Assembly: GCA_964016885.1 (NCBI GenBank)
Contig: OZ024743.1
Location: 156,798,001 to 156,862,000 of the forward strand
Length of the DNA: 64,000 nt
From: Eledone cirrhosa
Taxonomy: Eukaryota
Reading direction: 5' to 3'
The stretch's first letter is position 1. Each line of letters starts with the position of its first letter. The translations under genes and the position numbers were made by a program. Shown here piece after piece: positions 1-12,104 of this stretch. The notes under the pieces were generated by a model. The model ran no database searches. It was not told the DNA's origin and saw only the letters and a list, made by a program, of their open reading frames with translations.

Positions 1-303
1 CACTACCATTCATGTCCAGGACTACCAGGCTGCCCACCAGGTCCAAGTGAACGTCTGTATTTTGAGATCCAAGTTTTTTCGAAACAGAACAGCAACAACT
101 CCTCCACCTCCTGGCTGACAGAGAGATGCGTAGATCTAAAAATCATCGAACATGGGGGTTAGCTGCTGGTTACCGTGAATCCTGGACTCAGTGATGGCTA
201 TCACATCTTTACAATGTGACCTGAGATCATTTAAAAGCTGGCCCTGTTTCCAAGACATGCCCAGGCCACGTACATTCAAACATCCAGCTTGTATAGTCGC
301 CAT
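1..303 (-). pseudogene. LINE ORF2 apurinic-endonuclease N-terminus (stop and frameshift)
   Basis: Manual translation MATIQAGCLNVRGLGMSWKQGQLLNDLRSHCKDVIAITESRI...GGGGVVAVLFRK shows APE motifs (LNVRGL, D-I-I-E, GVAVLF). Confidence 0.8.
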
Positions 304-1380
304 GTTGGTGAAGAAGAGTTAAGGAGAGAAAAGGCAGGAACACTTAACTTTTCGTTTCCTGTAGGTCGGGTTGTTCGATCTCCATGTCCAGATTGGTGGT
401 GTTTGTGGAGGGAGGGTATCCTTTTTATAGGACACGGTTAAGGGGCTTTTGGCAAGGGGGGGGGGGCACAGCATGTGGGAAGTTCTCTTTTAAAGTGTCA
501 TACTGTAGGGTTGTTACCCTAATAAGTTTGAGGTTTGGGGGTGGGTCGTTGGTAGGGAAGCTTTTCCCCTCCGTTTTTATTGTGGGGTCCTTTCGCACAG
601 TTTCCACCAGTTCTTTGTTTCTTGTTTTTATGTATGTGTAGTCTGTTTTGTTTTTTATGTATACTGTTTTTGTTTGTAGTTTTCTTTTTGTGGTTGGGGT
701 TTGTAATTGTGGTGGTGTGGGTGTTTGTTTTGTTGGTGAAGTGGTTGGTTGTATTGATGGTGATTGTGTTGTTGGTGTGTTTGTCGTTTGTGGCGGTGTG
801 TTTATGGTGGGGTTGGGTTTGTGTGTTTTTTCTTTAGATGTTTATGTGTCTTTTTTGTGTATTTTTTGTTTTTGGATTTTTGGGGTTCCTCTTCATTCTC
901 ACTTAGAGATGTAGAGGTTCCCGTGTCTGAGACTTCTGAATAAGGGGTAGATGGAAGGGGTATGTTGTGTGGTGGAGTGTTTGTGCAGGTGTTTGTGGAA
1001 GTATTTGACAGGGGGGGGAGAGGCAATGGAGGGTTCTTCAGTGGGATTTTGTGTGTGTGTTGTTGTCTCTGGTCTGTGGTCGTGTGGGAGTGGCAGTTGC
1101 AGGTGTTTGTGTTGTGTTTCGTTTGGGGCGTTGATGTTGGGGTTTTGGTGTTGCTAATAACACCTTGTTTGTCCTCGGTTTGGTTAAGAGAGGGTAAAAT
1201 GCCTTTAAGTGTGTGGTTTTCATACACTTATGGCACTGAGGTCTTTTCTCCTCCACTAAAATGGAGATGACATATTATTCAAGGACGATCCTGTCCGGTA
1301 TTTTCTCAACTCTCTCTGGCCTCATGTGTACCATAACCTCGATGCAGGTTCCAAAACAGTTATGCCGTTCTTTCCTGTCT

Positions 1381-1488
1381 ACAGATAGGAGGGTGTCCTC
1401 ATCATTATTCAGGATGCAGCGTAGGATCCACCATATGTTGGATCCTACGCTGCATCCTGAAGAAGGATGAGGACACCCTCCTATCTGT
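1381..1488. repeat. Near-perfect 108-bp palindrome (54-bp arms) inside the LINE ORF1 region
   Basis: acagataggagggtgtcctcatc...ggatccaccat|atgttggatcc...gatgaggacaccctcctatctgt; ORFs on both strands read TDRRVSSSxFRMQRRI. Confidence 0.9.
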
Positions 1489-2199
1489 TGGGAGCATTAT
1501 GGGTTTTTTGGTAGTGATGTCAACTGTTCTATAAATTTGCTTCATTTTCTGTGTCATTTCTCTTACTTGTACGGGTATGTGTATGTGTGGGGTGTCTCCC
1601 TCAAATGTCACATAGTTGGAAGCTTCTTCCAAATATTGGGACTTTTGGGAAATGTCCATGGAATAGTATTTAAAATCCTGTTGCTTAGCAAAGGTCGCTG
1701 CAAATGAAATTTTGTTATTGTTGTTGTTGGTGGTGATGATGGTCTCATTCGTTGTGTTGCCACTGATTCCTTTTTGTTGTGTTGTTGTTGTTCTCATTTA
1801 TTGTGTTGTTGTTGTTGGTTGTGGTGGTGTTAGTGTTTGCTACATATACTTCCTTCTGTGTGTGGATACATGTGACGTTTTTGACGTCAGGCGTGTTCAG
1901 TTGCTTACAAGCAGATGAAGCTTGTTCCTCTTCTAAATGTTGAGGCGATAATGTTGGCATTCCTTTGTCCATGTCTGCTACTACCTGCTGGTCAAGTAGG
2001 CATGGTTTTCCCTTCCCATATTCTTGTTTTGAGAAAGAAGTAGGGGCCTTTGCCCCAGCCATTTTTTAAAAATTGAAGTGTTTTGCAAAAAATTCTTTTT
2101 TTTTTAGAAAATATTTTGGATGTTATTGCCCTGAGGGGCACGATGTTTTGGGAGACTGACCAAATCAAATTAGTATAAAAATAAAAGTTCACAATGACA

Positions 2200-4600
2200 A
2201 TAACATTTCAGCCCTCCCACCAGAGGCTAATGATGGAACGAAGGCATCGCTTATTCAATCTTTTCAGTAGCATGAGCTGCTTCCGGTAGAGGTACCAGCT
2301 TTCAGCTCCGTAGAGGAGGTTTGTGATATAAGAGCTATGTAGAACCTTATGACGAGGCATAGAAAGTGGTGCTGCCACACGCATTTTTAAGAGTCCGAAT
2401 GAGCTGCTGGCCTTGGGAATGCGGTTGTCAATGTCCTTTGCTGACATAGTGCCATTGGTAATGACGCTCCATAGCACTGAGGGGTTGCCCAGCTATATTA
2501 ATCTGCAGAGGGTGGTAATCTTCCTTTGCTGGCCTCTGGGACATGAGCCCAGTCCTTCCGAGGCTGATGGTCAGGTCAACTGCTTTAACTGCCCGGGAAA
2601 AGCCACTGACAACTCACTGAGGATCTTCCACCACGTATGCCAGAAGGAAACAGTCATCTGCAAATAACATGTACAGTATCAACCTCTCCAATGTTTTGTG
2701 CGGGCGAGTACTCGTCGCAAGTTGGATACACACCTGTCAGTACGGAACCGGATGTAAATGCCCCCCCCCCCCCATCTGTCTTTGCTTAGCAGAGCATCAT
2801 ACAGAAGAAGATTGCAAATAGGTTTCGGATAAAGACAAATCCTTGTTTCACGCCATTCTCGATGGGGATTTGATCGGAAAGACCGCCATTGTGCTTCACC
2901 GGTTCTTGTTTTCCAGTGTGCAGTTGCTGGAGCAGGGTCAGGAATTTTGGCAGACATCCTTGCCAGCTGAAGACCATCCACAGTCTATCCCTACTGACTG
3001 AAACGAATGCCTTCGTCAGATCCATGAAGGCAGCGTGTAGGGTCATATTTTGTTCTCTACATTTTTCTTAGATCTGACGGAGGAAAAACATCTTGTCTAT
3101 GGTTCCGCATTTGGCACAAAATTTACGTTAGATTTCTGGGAGCACATATTCTGCAATGGCATGGATGAGTCTATTGAACAGGACACGAGCTAGAATTTTG
3201 CCTGCAGTTAAGAACAACGTGATGCCACAGTAATTTTAGCAGTCTGATGTTTTACCTTTACTCTTGTATATGGACACGATCGCGGTATTTCGAAGCTCTC
3301 ATGGTAACTCTTCCTTCGACCAGCACTATACAAGATGCTCCCTGAGCTTAACAAGAAGTGAGCCACTGTCATACTTGCATTCCTATGCGTGAATACCGTG
3401 AACACCAGTAACCATGTGTGTTTTCAGGTGGGTGACTGAATTATTTACCTTTTCTAGTGAGGGTGGGGCATCCAGTTCATGTTTGACGTGCTGCTGTGAG
3501 ATGTTGTTGATAAAAGATTCTGCTATCGAGCGTTTGTCTCCAAACAGTTTGCCCCTTTGTTCGGTCCAGTGGTTCAGGATAGCCTTCTTGTCTGTGTTCA
3601 TTGCTGACCCATCAGATGAACGGCAAGAAGCTTGTGTTTGTTGACTTTCCTGAGTGCCTCCTAGAAGGCCAGTATCTGCATAATGATGTATTCTCGCGCC
3701 CTGTTGTGTCTACCTGTTATTCTGAATCTCCCTTAGCTTCACTGTAAAAGATTCTCTTGCAATAGGGTCAGTTTGTAGTGCTGGGATATAAACTCTAACG
3801 AGGGTGGGGAACTGCGTGGTTAGCAAGGGAAGACAGAGAGACAAACAGTCCGCCATCGTCTTTGGCCCTGCCAAACCAGTAAAAGGTGAAACCTGCACCG
3901 TGTTTCACCAAGTAGCACCACTCGACCAAACAAACCTCATTGGCGGCAGTATTGTCAATGTTCAGTCGATCCATATATCTGGCTACTAAAGCCGAGTGCC
4001 TCTGTGTGGGGCGTTGTCATAAGAATCTTGCATAGTGCCAACATTCCAACGTGCTAGATTGATATTTCTCGTTTGTAATTTACTTTGTAATGTCCTTCTT
4101 CTTCTTTCCACCACCGTGATGAGATTCCCGCTAACCCTGGTGAACCATACAGGCAAGGATGAGGCAAACTTGCTCGGGACACTCTCTCTAGATCCGACCC
4201 CTGTTGAGCAAGCATAGCTGTCCATTTAAAGAGTTGCTTCTTCTCTTTACACAGAATGCTGCCAAATGCTGATGTCTCGTTCAGCAGGCAACCGACCCAT
4301 ACATCTGAGCCGCCTACATGCGGAGTTGAGACTACGACTTCCAGTCCATCTAGTATTTGCCGGTTCGCCACCTGACAATAATTTCCCGCCTGCGCAGTTT
4401 TTTTTAAAGTAAGAGTCAGTGCGCTTAAACCGGTGCCAAACTTTAGATAATGGAGTCCTTCCCCAGTGGCTCAGCATGCTGAAACGACTAGGGTGACTGC
4501 CAGGCAGTGGGTTTTACATCAGAGTGTCCTTACCTAGCCCCTGGTTCAAAAGTCTATCTTGGTGGCACTGGAGCCACAGTTGAGAAGGAGCGTCCATATG
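2200..4600 (-). mobile_element. Decayed RTE-clade LINE (APE + RT pseudogene with 5'UTR)
   Basis: Fragments NLARWNVGTM (APE), AFMDLTKAFVSVSRDRLW, IENGVKQG, DIDNRIPKASSSFGLL, LLYGAESW; many frameshifts. Confidence 0.9.
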
Positions 4601-4717
4601 CATGTGCGCACAGTAAGCTATAGACAGAGCGTCAGTTCATTTCCCCAGGACAGGAGAGGCTCTGTAATCACATCACTATAATTGATTAGATGGGACTTCC
4701 AGTCCAAACCCTACACC

Positions 4718-4752
<35 letters not shown>

Positions 4753-5580
4753 TGTGAGCGGGAGGGGGTGTTATTGGTCGGTAATGAGGTGGGTGATAGT
4801 CAGATGAAATATAGAAACGATTGAGAAAGGATGAGAACAAGAAGTGTGATTTCGTATAGAAGTGATTGGATGAAAGAAATAAAGAAAAGCTATGTACATT
4901 ACATCTTCACTCTAATCAGCTCTCATACCTTGATTTCTCTTCTGTCTTGTATTACTTGCTGTTGCTGCTCTCAATTCCATTTAATGTAACTTCCGTCGCT
5001 CAAAGGATGTTGATGTCCCTTCTAACGGTGGGCTGATGTCGACAGGACGTTCTTTACTCTGCTCTCTGATTTGTCTGTTTCTTTATTTGTTTTTGTTTTC
5101 TGTTCGTGTTGCCGTCCTTTCTAACGGCGTATTAGTGTCAATAGGAGGTACTTTAATTTGCTCCCTGATCTGCAAGCCTATATACCTGTTCTGCATGCTT
5201 TAGCACACATATCAGACCAGCAGAAGTATAATGTTTTTCTCAATTGAACGATGAAGCAATTCTAATCTAAGCACATTTATTTAAATCTTGCGAAAACATT
5301 TATGTAAAGAGTAAACATCTGATTACCGTAAGGCTCCTCATACCTCACAAAATACTCGATTGTACACTTTCTTCAAGTGAAATTACTCAAGAACCAACTC
5401 AATATTTACATCTTGCACTAATGTTATCTGAATATTAGAATATATTTTCAGATTGTGAATAAAGATCTTTTGAGGGGAGGTCTTCTTTAAAGTGAATTAA
5501 GATGTTTGCGTAGTACATGTATGTGTCATATAGATCATGTGTATGCATTTTTTTATTTAATTGTGTATGGATGTAAGTAG

Positions 5581-5633
<53 letters not shown>

Positions 5634-5639
5634 CATTAG

Positions 5640-5890
5640 TATATATGCCGCAGCACTGCAAGCAGACCCTACTGCGACAGAATCCTTTTACAGTGAACGG
5701 AGATGACTTATACAGGATAACAACAGCTCTGACAAATTCATCATCGTGGGTCATTTCAATGAAGAAGTTGGCGGAGACCATGCACTTAGCCTGGCGTGCT
5801 CGGACAATATGTGATAGGCAATTGCATATACAGCGGCCGGATGCTCATTGAGCTATGCACTGAGGAATCCCTGGCCATCACCAACATATA
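5640..5890 (+). mobile_element. RTE LINE endonuclease fragment
   Basis: VLGQYVIGNCIYSGRMLIELCTEESLAITN matches the APE G-N-NG--LL-C---L-ITN segment; similar to the opposite-strand copy near 3740-3800. Confidence 0.75.
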
Positions 5891-6026
5891 TATTTGGGAT
5901 GGTGGGTCATATTGTTATAATATTATTAGAAATAATAATAAAACATACTCATTATTTGGTTCGAATTGGTCTTCCCTATATCTAATTTAGCTGGCAATCA
6001 ATGTTTATCATTGCTTAACCAACAGT

Positions 6027-6053
<27 letters not shown>

Positions 6054-6061
<8 letters not shown>

Positions 6062-6325
6062 TATTACATAACTAAATATATATATATATATATACGATAT
6101 TAACAAATTGAAACTATATTTATAAAACCATATCTATTTTATTATACACATTTCAAGGATACCATGTTAAATTATGGTATGCTTTCATCAGACAAAACAC
6201 AATATATACCAGTTTTATAAATAAATATTGACATACCCTTTCAAAATGCAACCGTTACTTTTGGAAGACATCAGGGATAGTGGTTTGTTTATCTTAGTAA
6301 GTCGTTGTGTTACGGAGAAGGAAAA
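6054..6325 (-). repeat. HHR-bearing pLTR-like repeat (family A), inverted copy of 9430-9803
   Basis: Reverse complement aligns with 9430-9665 and 9770-9803; further family members near 11840-12020, 23765-23895, 42795-43075 and 51610-51705. Confidence 0.85.
6135..6199 (-). ncRNA. Minimal type I hammerhead ribozyme (family A)
   Basis: TGTTTTGT CTGATGA AAGCATACCAT..ATGGTATCCTT GAAA TGTGTA TA ATAAAATA. Confidence 0.7.
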
Positions 6326-7081
6326 AGACGGAGAGAGAGAAAAACCGAGAGAGGGAAAAGTGGAGAAAGAAAGGGAGAGATAAAGAAAGGAAAAGAGAAA
6401 AAGAGAAAAAAAAAAGAAAAAAGAAAAAAAGAAAAAAGAAAAAAAAGAAAAAAGAGAAAAACGAGAGAGAGATATCAAAACACCAGACAGAGAGAAAAAA
6501 TCAAGAGAGAGAAATATAGAGATAGAGAGAGGGAGAGAGAACGAAAACCTTAAGTCATGTCATATTAAGTTAAGTTAACAATTGAGATGAAATGAATAAA
6601 TAAAATTAGAAATATTAATATTCACGAATGGAATATACATATATAATATGAGACATTAATCATTGTTTAACTATGATTATATATTTAGTTTAAAAATTGA
6701 GATCAATATATTAAAAATTGGAATTTAAACATTAAGAAATCTATATATTGCTAGAGAAAATTATCTATCATATAACACGTACACACAGGCAAAAATACAC
6801 ATAAATATATATATATACACACTCAGAAGATACAATTTATATCTACTCCCGTATATAATATATACATACAAAGCATAAATTATTTGTTTAATTAATGTAT
6901 ACATTCCTTGTGTTATTAAATAAAAATGTAAATCTATCCCTAAAAATATATCCATAAGGATCTCCCGGCTGTCGTCTAATTTGCAGACCTTCAACGTGCA
7001 TGCTGAGTATTATAATGACGCACTTAGAAAAATGGTTACTGCGAGAAAATAGAATATCTAGACGATAACCACATAAGTACT

Positions 7082-7918
7082 ATGAATAAAACACATCTAA
7101 GTCGAACTAGTATTGCACCACACACACACATCAATAGGCATACTAATAGGTGCAAACCAGCAAATAGAACCAGACGTAGAGAGTACATATGGTATAACCC
7201 CGTGTACAATATTTCTATTAGCACTAAGATTATCTCACAATTCTATACACTAATCAATAAACACTTTACAACTTCACATAAATACTATAAAATCTTTAAC
7301 TCGCGCACCATTAGACTCTCATACTCCCCTGCACCTAACATAGAACAACTAATTAAAAAACTCAACTCAGCAATACTAAATAAGTACATCCCTAATGACT
7401 CAGCGCACCGGCATAGCAACATACAACGCACTAACACGCAACTACAACCCCACCAAACTATCCAGGATTCTACTGCAAAACATAAAAATAATTGTAACTG
7501 CACCAAACCAGGTACGTGCCCACTGAGTAACCAGTGCCTAGCACGCAATATTGTCTACCGATGTACAATAAACTCCGGAACCAACAAATGGTATTACGTC
7601 GGATGTACCGCAACTTCTTTCAAAGCTCGCCTATACCAACATCGATCTTCGATCAGGCACGAAAAACTGCGCTCCGTAACAACCTTCGGCGATAAAGCCT
7701 GGCAGCTCCGGAGGAACAATCAAGCATTCTCCCTTGATTGGCAAATTATTGCTGCTGCGCCGGCATATAGGCAGAATCATCGATTCTGTAAAGTATGCAA
7801 TATGGAGATATACTGCATTTTAACGTCGGTAAACAAACTTTTGAACAGCAAAATTGAACGTTCACTGTACTGTAACCATCGTTTGAAAACGACTTTTTAT
7901 TTTATTAAATGCATGTAA
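7082..7918 (+). CDS. PLE linker + GIY-YIG endonuclease (C-terminal part of PLE ORF)
   Basis: YIWYNPVY, TIRLSYS, CNCTKPGTCPL (CxCx5C), IVYRC...YYVGCTATSFKARLYQH, CKVCNME, LLNSKIE, CNHR. Confidence 0.85.
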   Translation: MNKTHLSRTSIAPHTHINRHTNRCKPANRTRRREYIWYNPVYNISISTKIISQFYTLINKHFTTSHKYYKIFNSRTIRLSYSPAPNIEQLIKKLNSAILNKYIPNDSAHRHSNIQRTNTQLQPHQTIQDSTAKHKNNCNCTKPGTCPLSNQCLARNIVYRCTINSGTNKWYYVGCTATSFKARLYQHRSSIRHEKLRSVTTFGDKAWQLRRNNQAFSLDWQIIAAAPAYRQNHRFCKVCNMEIYCILTSVNKLLNSKIERSLYCNHRLKTTFYFIKCM

Positions 7919-8328
7919 TGTTACCTTTTTACACCACTGTTTGCAAATTTCTGTTTTATATGTTTATACACAGGATATGGCTTTCTATAATAATAGTACT
8001 AAACACTGTTTTCTGGACCCCTTTAGAAATAACCTGCTACTATAATAGCCCCAATAACTTGTCTGCAACTCTGTACCACTTTGACCCCTTTAACTAAATT
8101 TTGTCCAAACAACACCATTAGAAGAATTTACTTCCCCCGCAACCCTAACACGCCTCATTAAGCTAACTGCTGCCAAAACATTCTCTCCTTGCAATCTCTA
8201 CTAGTCTGACAGTCTTAAATCCTAGGACTCCCTCCCCCTTACTCACTTCCCTCTTCCCCTTCTCTTGCTACCTCCTTCTTTCTCTTTTATCTAGTGTATA
8301 AAATATTTTCATATCATTCCAATACAAA

Positions 8329-8445
8329 GGGTCTGACGACATGGTGTGTTTGCTTACAGTGTACCTTCGGTTTATGATAATATTTGTGTATTATTCAAAT
8401 AGCGAGGTATAGTTAACACATACACTATAGAAACAATTGTTACCT
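8329..8445 (+). ncRNA. Type I hammerhead ribozyme with ~90-nt extended stem II
   Basis: GGGT CTGACGA C-ATGGTGTGT...ATACACTAT-A GAAA CAATTG TT ACCT; palindromic stem III. Confidence 0.65.
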
Positions 8446-9429
8446 AATAAATTCTTTATACCCACATTTCCGTTTCATAAACGTCTTCTCCATATATACA
8501 AATATATAGGATTAGCTTTCATGCATTTATGGCTGTTAAATTATGCCTATCTGCAATAAAATTGTATGGGTACACATGTACATGTACACACACAATTCTT
8601 ACATATACATATATAAACATGTGTGTGCATCCTCACCCAATTGGTAGACACGTGTCACTCATGCATATATACAGACAGACATATATTCATAAAAATGCAT
8701 ATAACACATGTATATGTATGTTAATACACACATATACATACATACTCGTATAGAGATAAGTATACATCAATATATTACATAGTATAATTGAGTACATAAA
8801 ATACAAAAGGATTATATTTTGGAAATATAATTATATCAATATAACTTAAAAACAAAAGAATTCTAAAATATTAAAATATTAAAATATTAAAATATTTAAA
8901 AATATTATAGAATATTTTAAGTTAAAATAATATGTTTAATAGATTAAGTATAGAAATTTATCTTACGTATATCTTACTCAAGATATTGAAAGGATAAACT
9001 TTCGAAAATTATGAGAAGCTATCACAATAAAAAACAAACCAAATAAAAAATAAATAAAATATTTAAAAAAAATATATATATATAAAACATAAAAAATATG
9101 AAAAATATATAAAATATAAGAAATAGGAAATATGTTCTCCTTTCAAGAGCTCTCAATATATTTCTCAAGAATAGTTTATTATATTTATATTTATATTAAG
9201 GAAGAACATTTACTTATACTTGAGTACTTAACCAAAGAAAATTAAAAAGGTGAAGGGATCTAATGATTTATCGATAGGTTTCATATATTAACCAAATTAG
9301 TTAATTAATTACACTACATTTTAAATTTATATTTATATTTAAACGTTGAGTTCAATCTATGTCTGCAGCAACTGAATATTATTCCTTAAATTTAGGGAAG
9401 TTTTGGTCTTTAATATAAAGAATATCTTT

Positions 9430-9748
9430 TTTACCTTCTCCGTAACAGAACGACTTACTAAGATAACCAAATCCACTATCCCTGATGACTTCCAAAAGTA
9501 ACGGTTGCATTTTCAGAGGGTATGTCAATATTTATTTATAAAACTGGCATATATTGTGTTTTGTCTGATGAAAGCATACCATAATTTAACATGGTATCCT
9601 TTAAATATGTATAATAAAATAGATATGGATTTATAAATATAGTTTCCATTTGTTAATATCGTATATTTACTCCAAATACTTGTCGAGTGCTTTATATCAG
9701 TTATAAAAATATTTGCTTGTTGTATCCCAACAATTTAAATAGAACTTT

Positions 9749-9784
<36 letters not shown>

Positions 9785-9803
9785 GTTATGTAATAAACAA
9801 CAT
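9430..9803 (+). repeat. Family A pLTR-like repeat; HHR at 9557-9621 has GAAA>TAAA (likely inactive)
   Basis: Inverted copy of 6054-6325. Confidence 0.85.
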
Positions 9804-9989
9804 AAGATCATTATTTCATTTACCAGTGGTTTCTTGAAAGCAAACAAATTTGCTTTCAGTCATCAGAATGAAAAAATCCTGGTGTATTTATGAAAGTGGA
9901 TTGGAAAAACAAAAATTTAATAAATATGAAAGTGAGGCTGGAGAAAGAAGAAGAAAAGGAGAAAAAGAATAATAAATATAAAAGTATAT

Positions 9990-10017
9990 AAACACACACA
10001 CACGCGCACACACACAA

Positions 10018-10068
<51 letters not shown>

Positions 10069-10072
10069 CACG

Positions 10073-10155
<83 letters not shown>

Positions 10156-10276
10156 ACATATATATATAGAGAGAGAGAGATATAGATATATATATACATA
10201 TATATACATATGCATTTATATATATAATTATATATATATATATATATATCCATACATACACATAAATACACAAACA

Positions 10277-10307
<31 letters not shown>

Positions 10308-10624
10308 GCATATACATACACACACAAACACACACATATATACACACATACATACGCACCCACATATATAGATATATACATACACACGAACACACACATA
10401 TAATTATAAGAATAAATAAAAAATCAATGAACAAACATATACTGAATTAGGCAGTCACATACACTGCTAAGACAATATACATCTACTAAAATGAAGTCAA
10501 ATAAATACAAATAAAAAAATGAAAAATAAGAAATGAGAAATTAAAAAGTTGACAGCGATACAGAAGAGGAGAAAGACACTAATAGAAATAAATAAACACA
10601 CGTGGTAAGCAAATGTACAAAATA

Positions 10625-10707
<83 letters not shown>

Positions 10708-11200
10708 TATACATGCATACACATACATATATACACATATACAGAAAAATACACACATAATTATATACAGTACAAACATATACGCAGAAGAGTGTATACA
10801 TACACATACATATACACGCACATACATATGCATATATATATATGTACATGAGTGACTACGTATGTGCGCGCGCGTGCGTGTATGTATATATATATATATA
10901 TATGTGTATATGTCTGTGTGTGTGTGTATGTATATATTATGCGTATGTGTATCTGTCTTTATATCCGTGTTTTTGACATCTCGGTTTTATGTTTTGTTTT
11001 CTCTCCCCCCCCCCTTTTTTTTACTTATTCATTTTTATGCGTGTGCATGCATACAGGTCAATATGCGTGAGTATAAGTATGTTGTGTGTGTGTGTGTGTG
11101 TGTATGTACGTATCGAACTTATGGATGTGTAAGTGCGCGTGTGTATATAAGCATATATATGTTTGCGTTTCTTTTGTGAGACATGCGTGTCTGTGTATGT
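9990..11200. repeat. Compound (CA)n/(TA)n/(TG)n microsatellite region
   Basis: Directly visible; source of many spurious YI/CV/HT ORFs. Confidence 0.95.
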
Positions 11201-11643
11201 ACGTAACCCTTCTTTCTTTTTTTGTCTTCTTTTCTTTAATTTTTCTTTCTAAAGTTTTTTCTTTCTAATTTATTGTTACATGTTTATAAATATATCGAGA
11301 TTGATACTTTCCTTTAATTATTACACTCCCCTACCTCTTTTACTTCCGCATCTAAGTGTACGAGTGTGTATGCGTTTTATGCGCGCGCCTTCATATTCAT
11401 ATACTTATGATGTACATACAGATACATTTGCCCTAAATTTTAGATTTATGCACACTTTTTCACTATACGTATACATATGTGAATATACATATATGCACAT
11501 CTGTGAGCGTATATACATACATATATACACACCTAACTATATTTCTTGATAGATTTTTATATATTTCAATTTCTAATTCATTTGTCTATGTCTTTTTTTG
11601 ATTTTCTTGATGAATTTTTCTAAGTATTTACCCATGTTTTATA

Positions 11644-11719
11644 TTGCCTCGTCTGACGAACGAATGAAGACGTTTCTTTCGTATTCGCCTCATTCGGGAA
11701 ACCTCTGGTAATGAGGTAA
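11644..11719 (+). ncRNA. Type I hammerhead ribozyme
   Basis: TTGCCTCGT CTGACGA ACGAATGA...TCATTCGG GAAA CCTCTGG TA ATGAGGTAA; 9-bp helix I including GU pairs. Confidence 0.75.
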
Positions 11720-11882
11720 TTATATTGTATTGATTTTTATACATTAAATTTTGCTCTGATACTTACATAGAGCACTCTTCACTTCTATGACCTTTTCTGT
11801 TTCCAACGGAAATTTCAATACTTATATATATATATATATACGATATATTAACAAATGGAAATTATGTTTATAAAACCATATT

Positions 11883-11947
11883 TATTTCATTATACATATT
11901 TCAAGGATACCAAGTTAAATTATGGTGTGCTTTCGTCAGATAAAATA
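11883..11947 (-). ncRNA. Minimal type I hammerhead ribozyme (family A)
   Basis: TATTTTAT CTGACGA AAGCACACCA..TGGTATCCTT GAAA TATGTA TA ATGAAATA. Confidence 0.7.
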
Positions 11948-12104
11948 TAATATAGAGCAATTTTATAAATATATATTGAGATACCCTTAAATAATGCGAC
12001 CATTTCTGTTGGAAGCTCCCGGATATATATATATATATATACACATACATATATACAATATACATACACACACATATATATAAAACATACACACGCATAT
12101 ACAA

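Larger units (their letters stand above)
1..2190 (-). mobile_element. L1/Tx1-type non-LTR retrotransposon, 5' part (5'UTR, decayed ORF1, start of ORF2), running off the window start
   Basis: Minus-strand ORF1 remnants (ATG 2062; 1405-1797; 1038-1256 with gag-like knuckle CHKCMKTTHLKAF[C>Y]) followed by an APE endonuclease start at 303. Confidence 0.75.
6960..8500 (+). mobile_element. 5'-truncated Penelope-like element (Hydra-type: thumb/linker, GIY-YIG, 3' pLTR with HHR)
   Basis: ORF 7082-7918 followed by a 3' region with an HHR at 8329-8445 and AATAAA. Confidence 0.85.

Noticed and set aside
384-1270. Hydrophobic plus-strand ORFs resembling membrane proteins
   Set aside because: Antisense of the A/C-rich LINE ORF1 region
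4798-4826. CAGATGA-AATATA-GAAA-CGATTG HHR-like string
   Set aside because: No stem II, no UH cleavage site and no helix I
6215-6553. K/R/E-rich ORFs
   Set aside because: Low-complexity purine tract
9478-9530. Second CTGATGA in the family-A repeat
   Set aside because: No GAAA/stem III/helix I geometry, and the mirror copy reads CTGATGT
9856-11268. Long YI/CV/HT-rich ORFs (also near 41659-42470, 53900-55300, 57364-57810 and 58940-59349)
   Set aside because: Translations of (TA)n/(CA)n microsatellites, which lack stop codons; not genes
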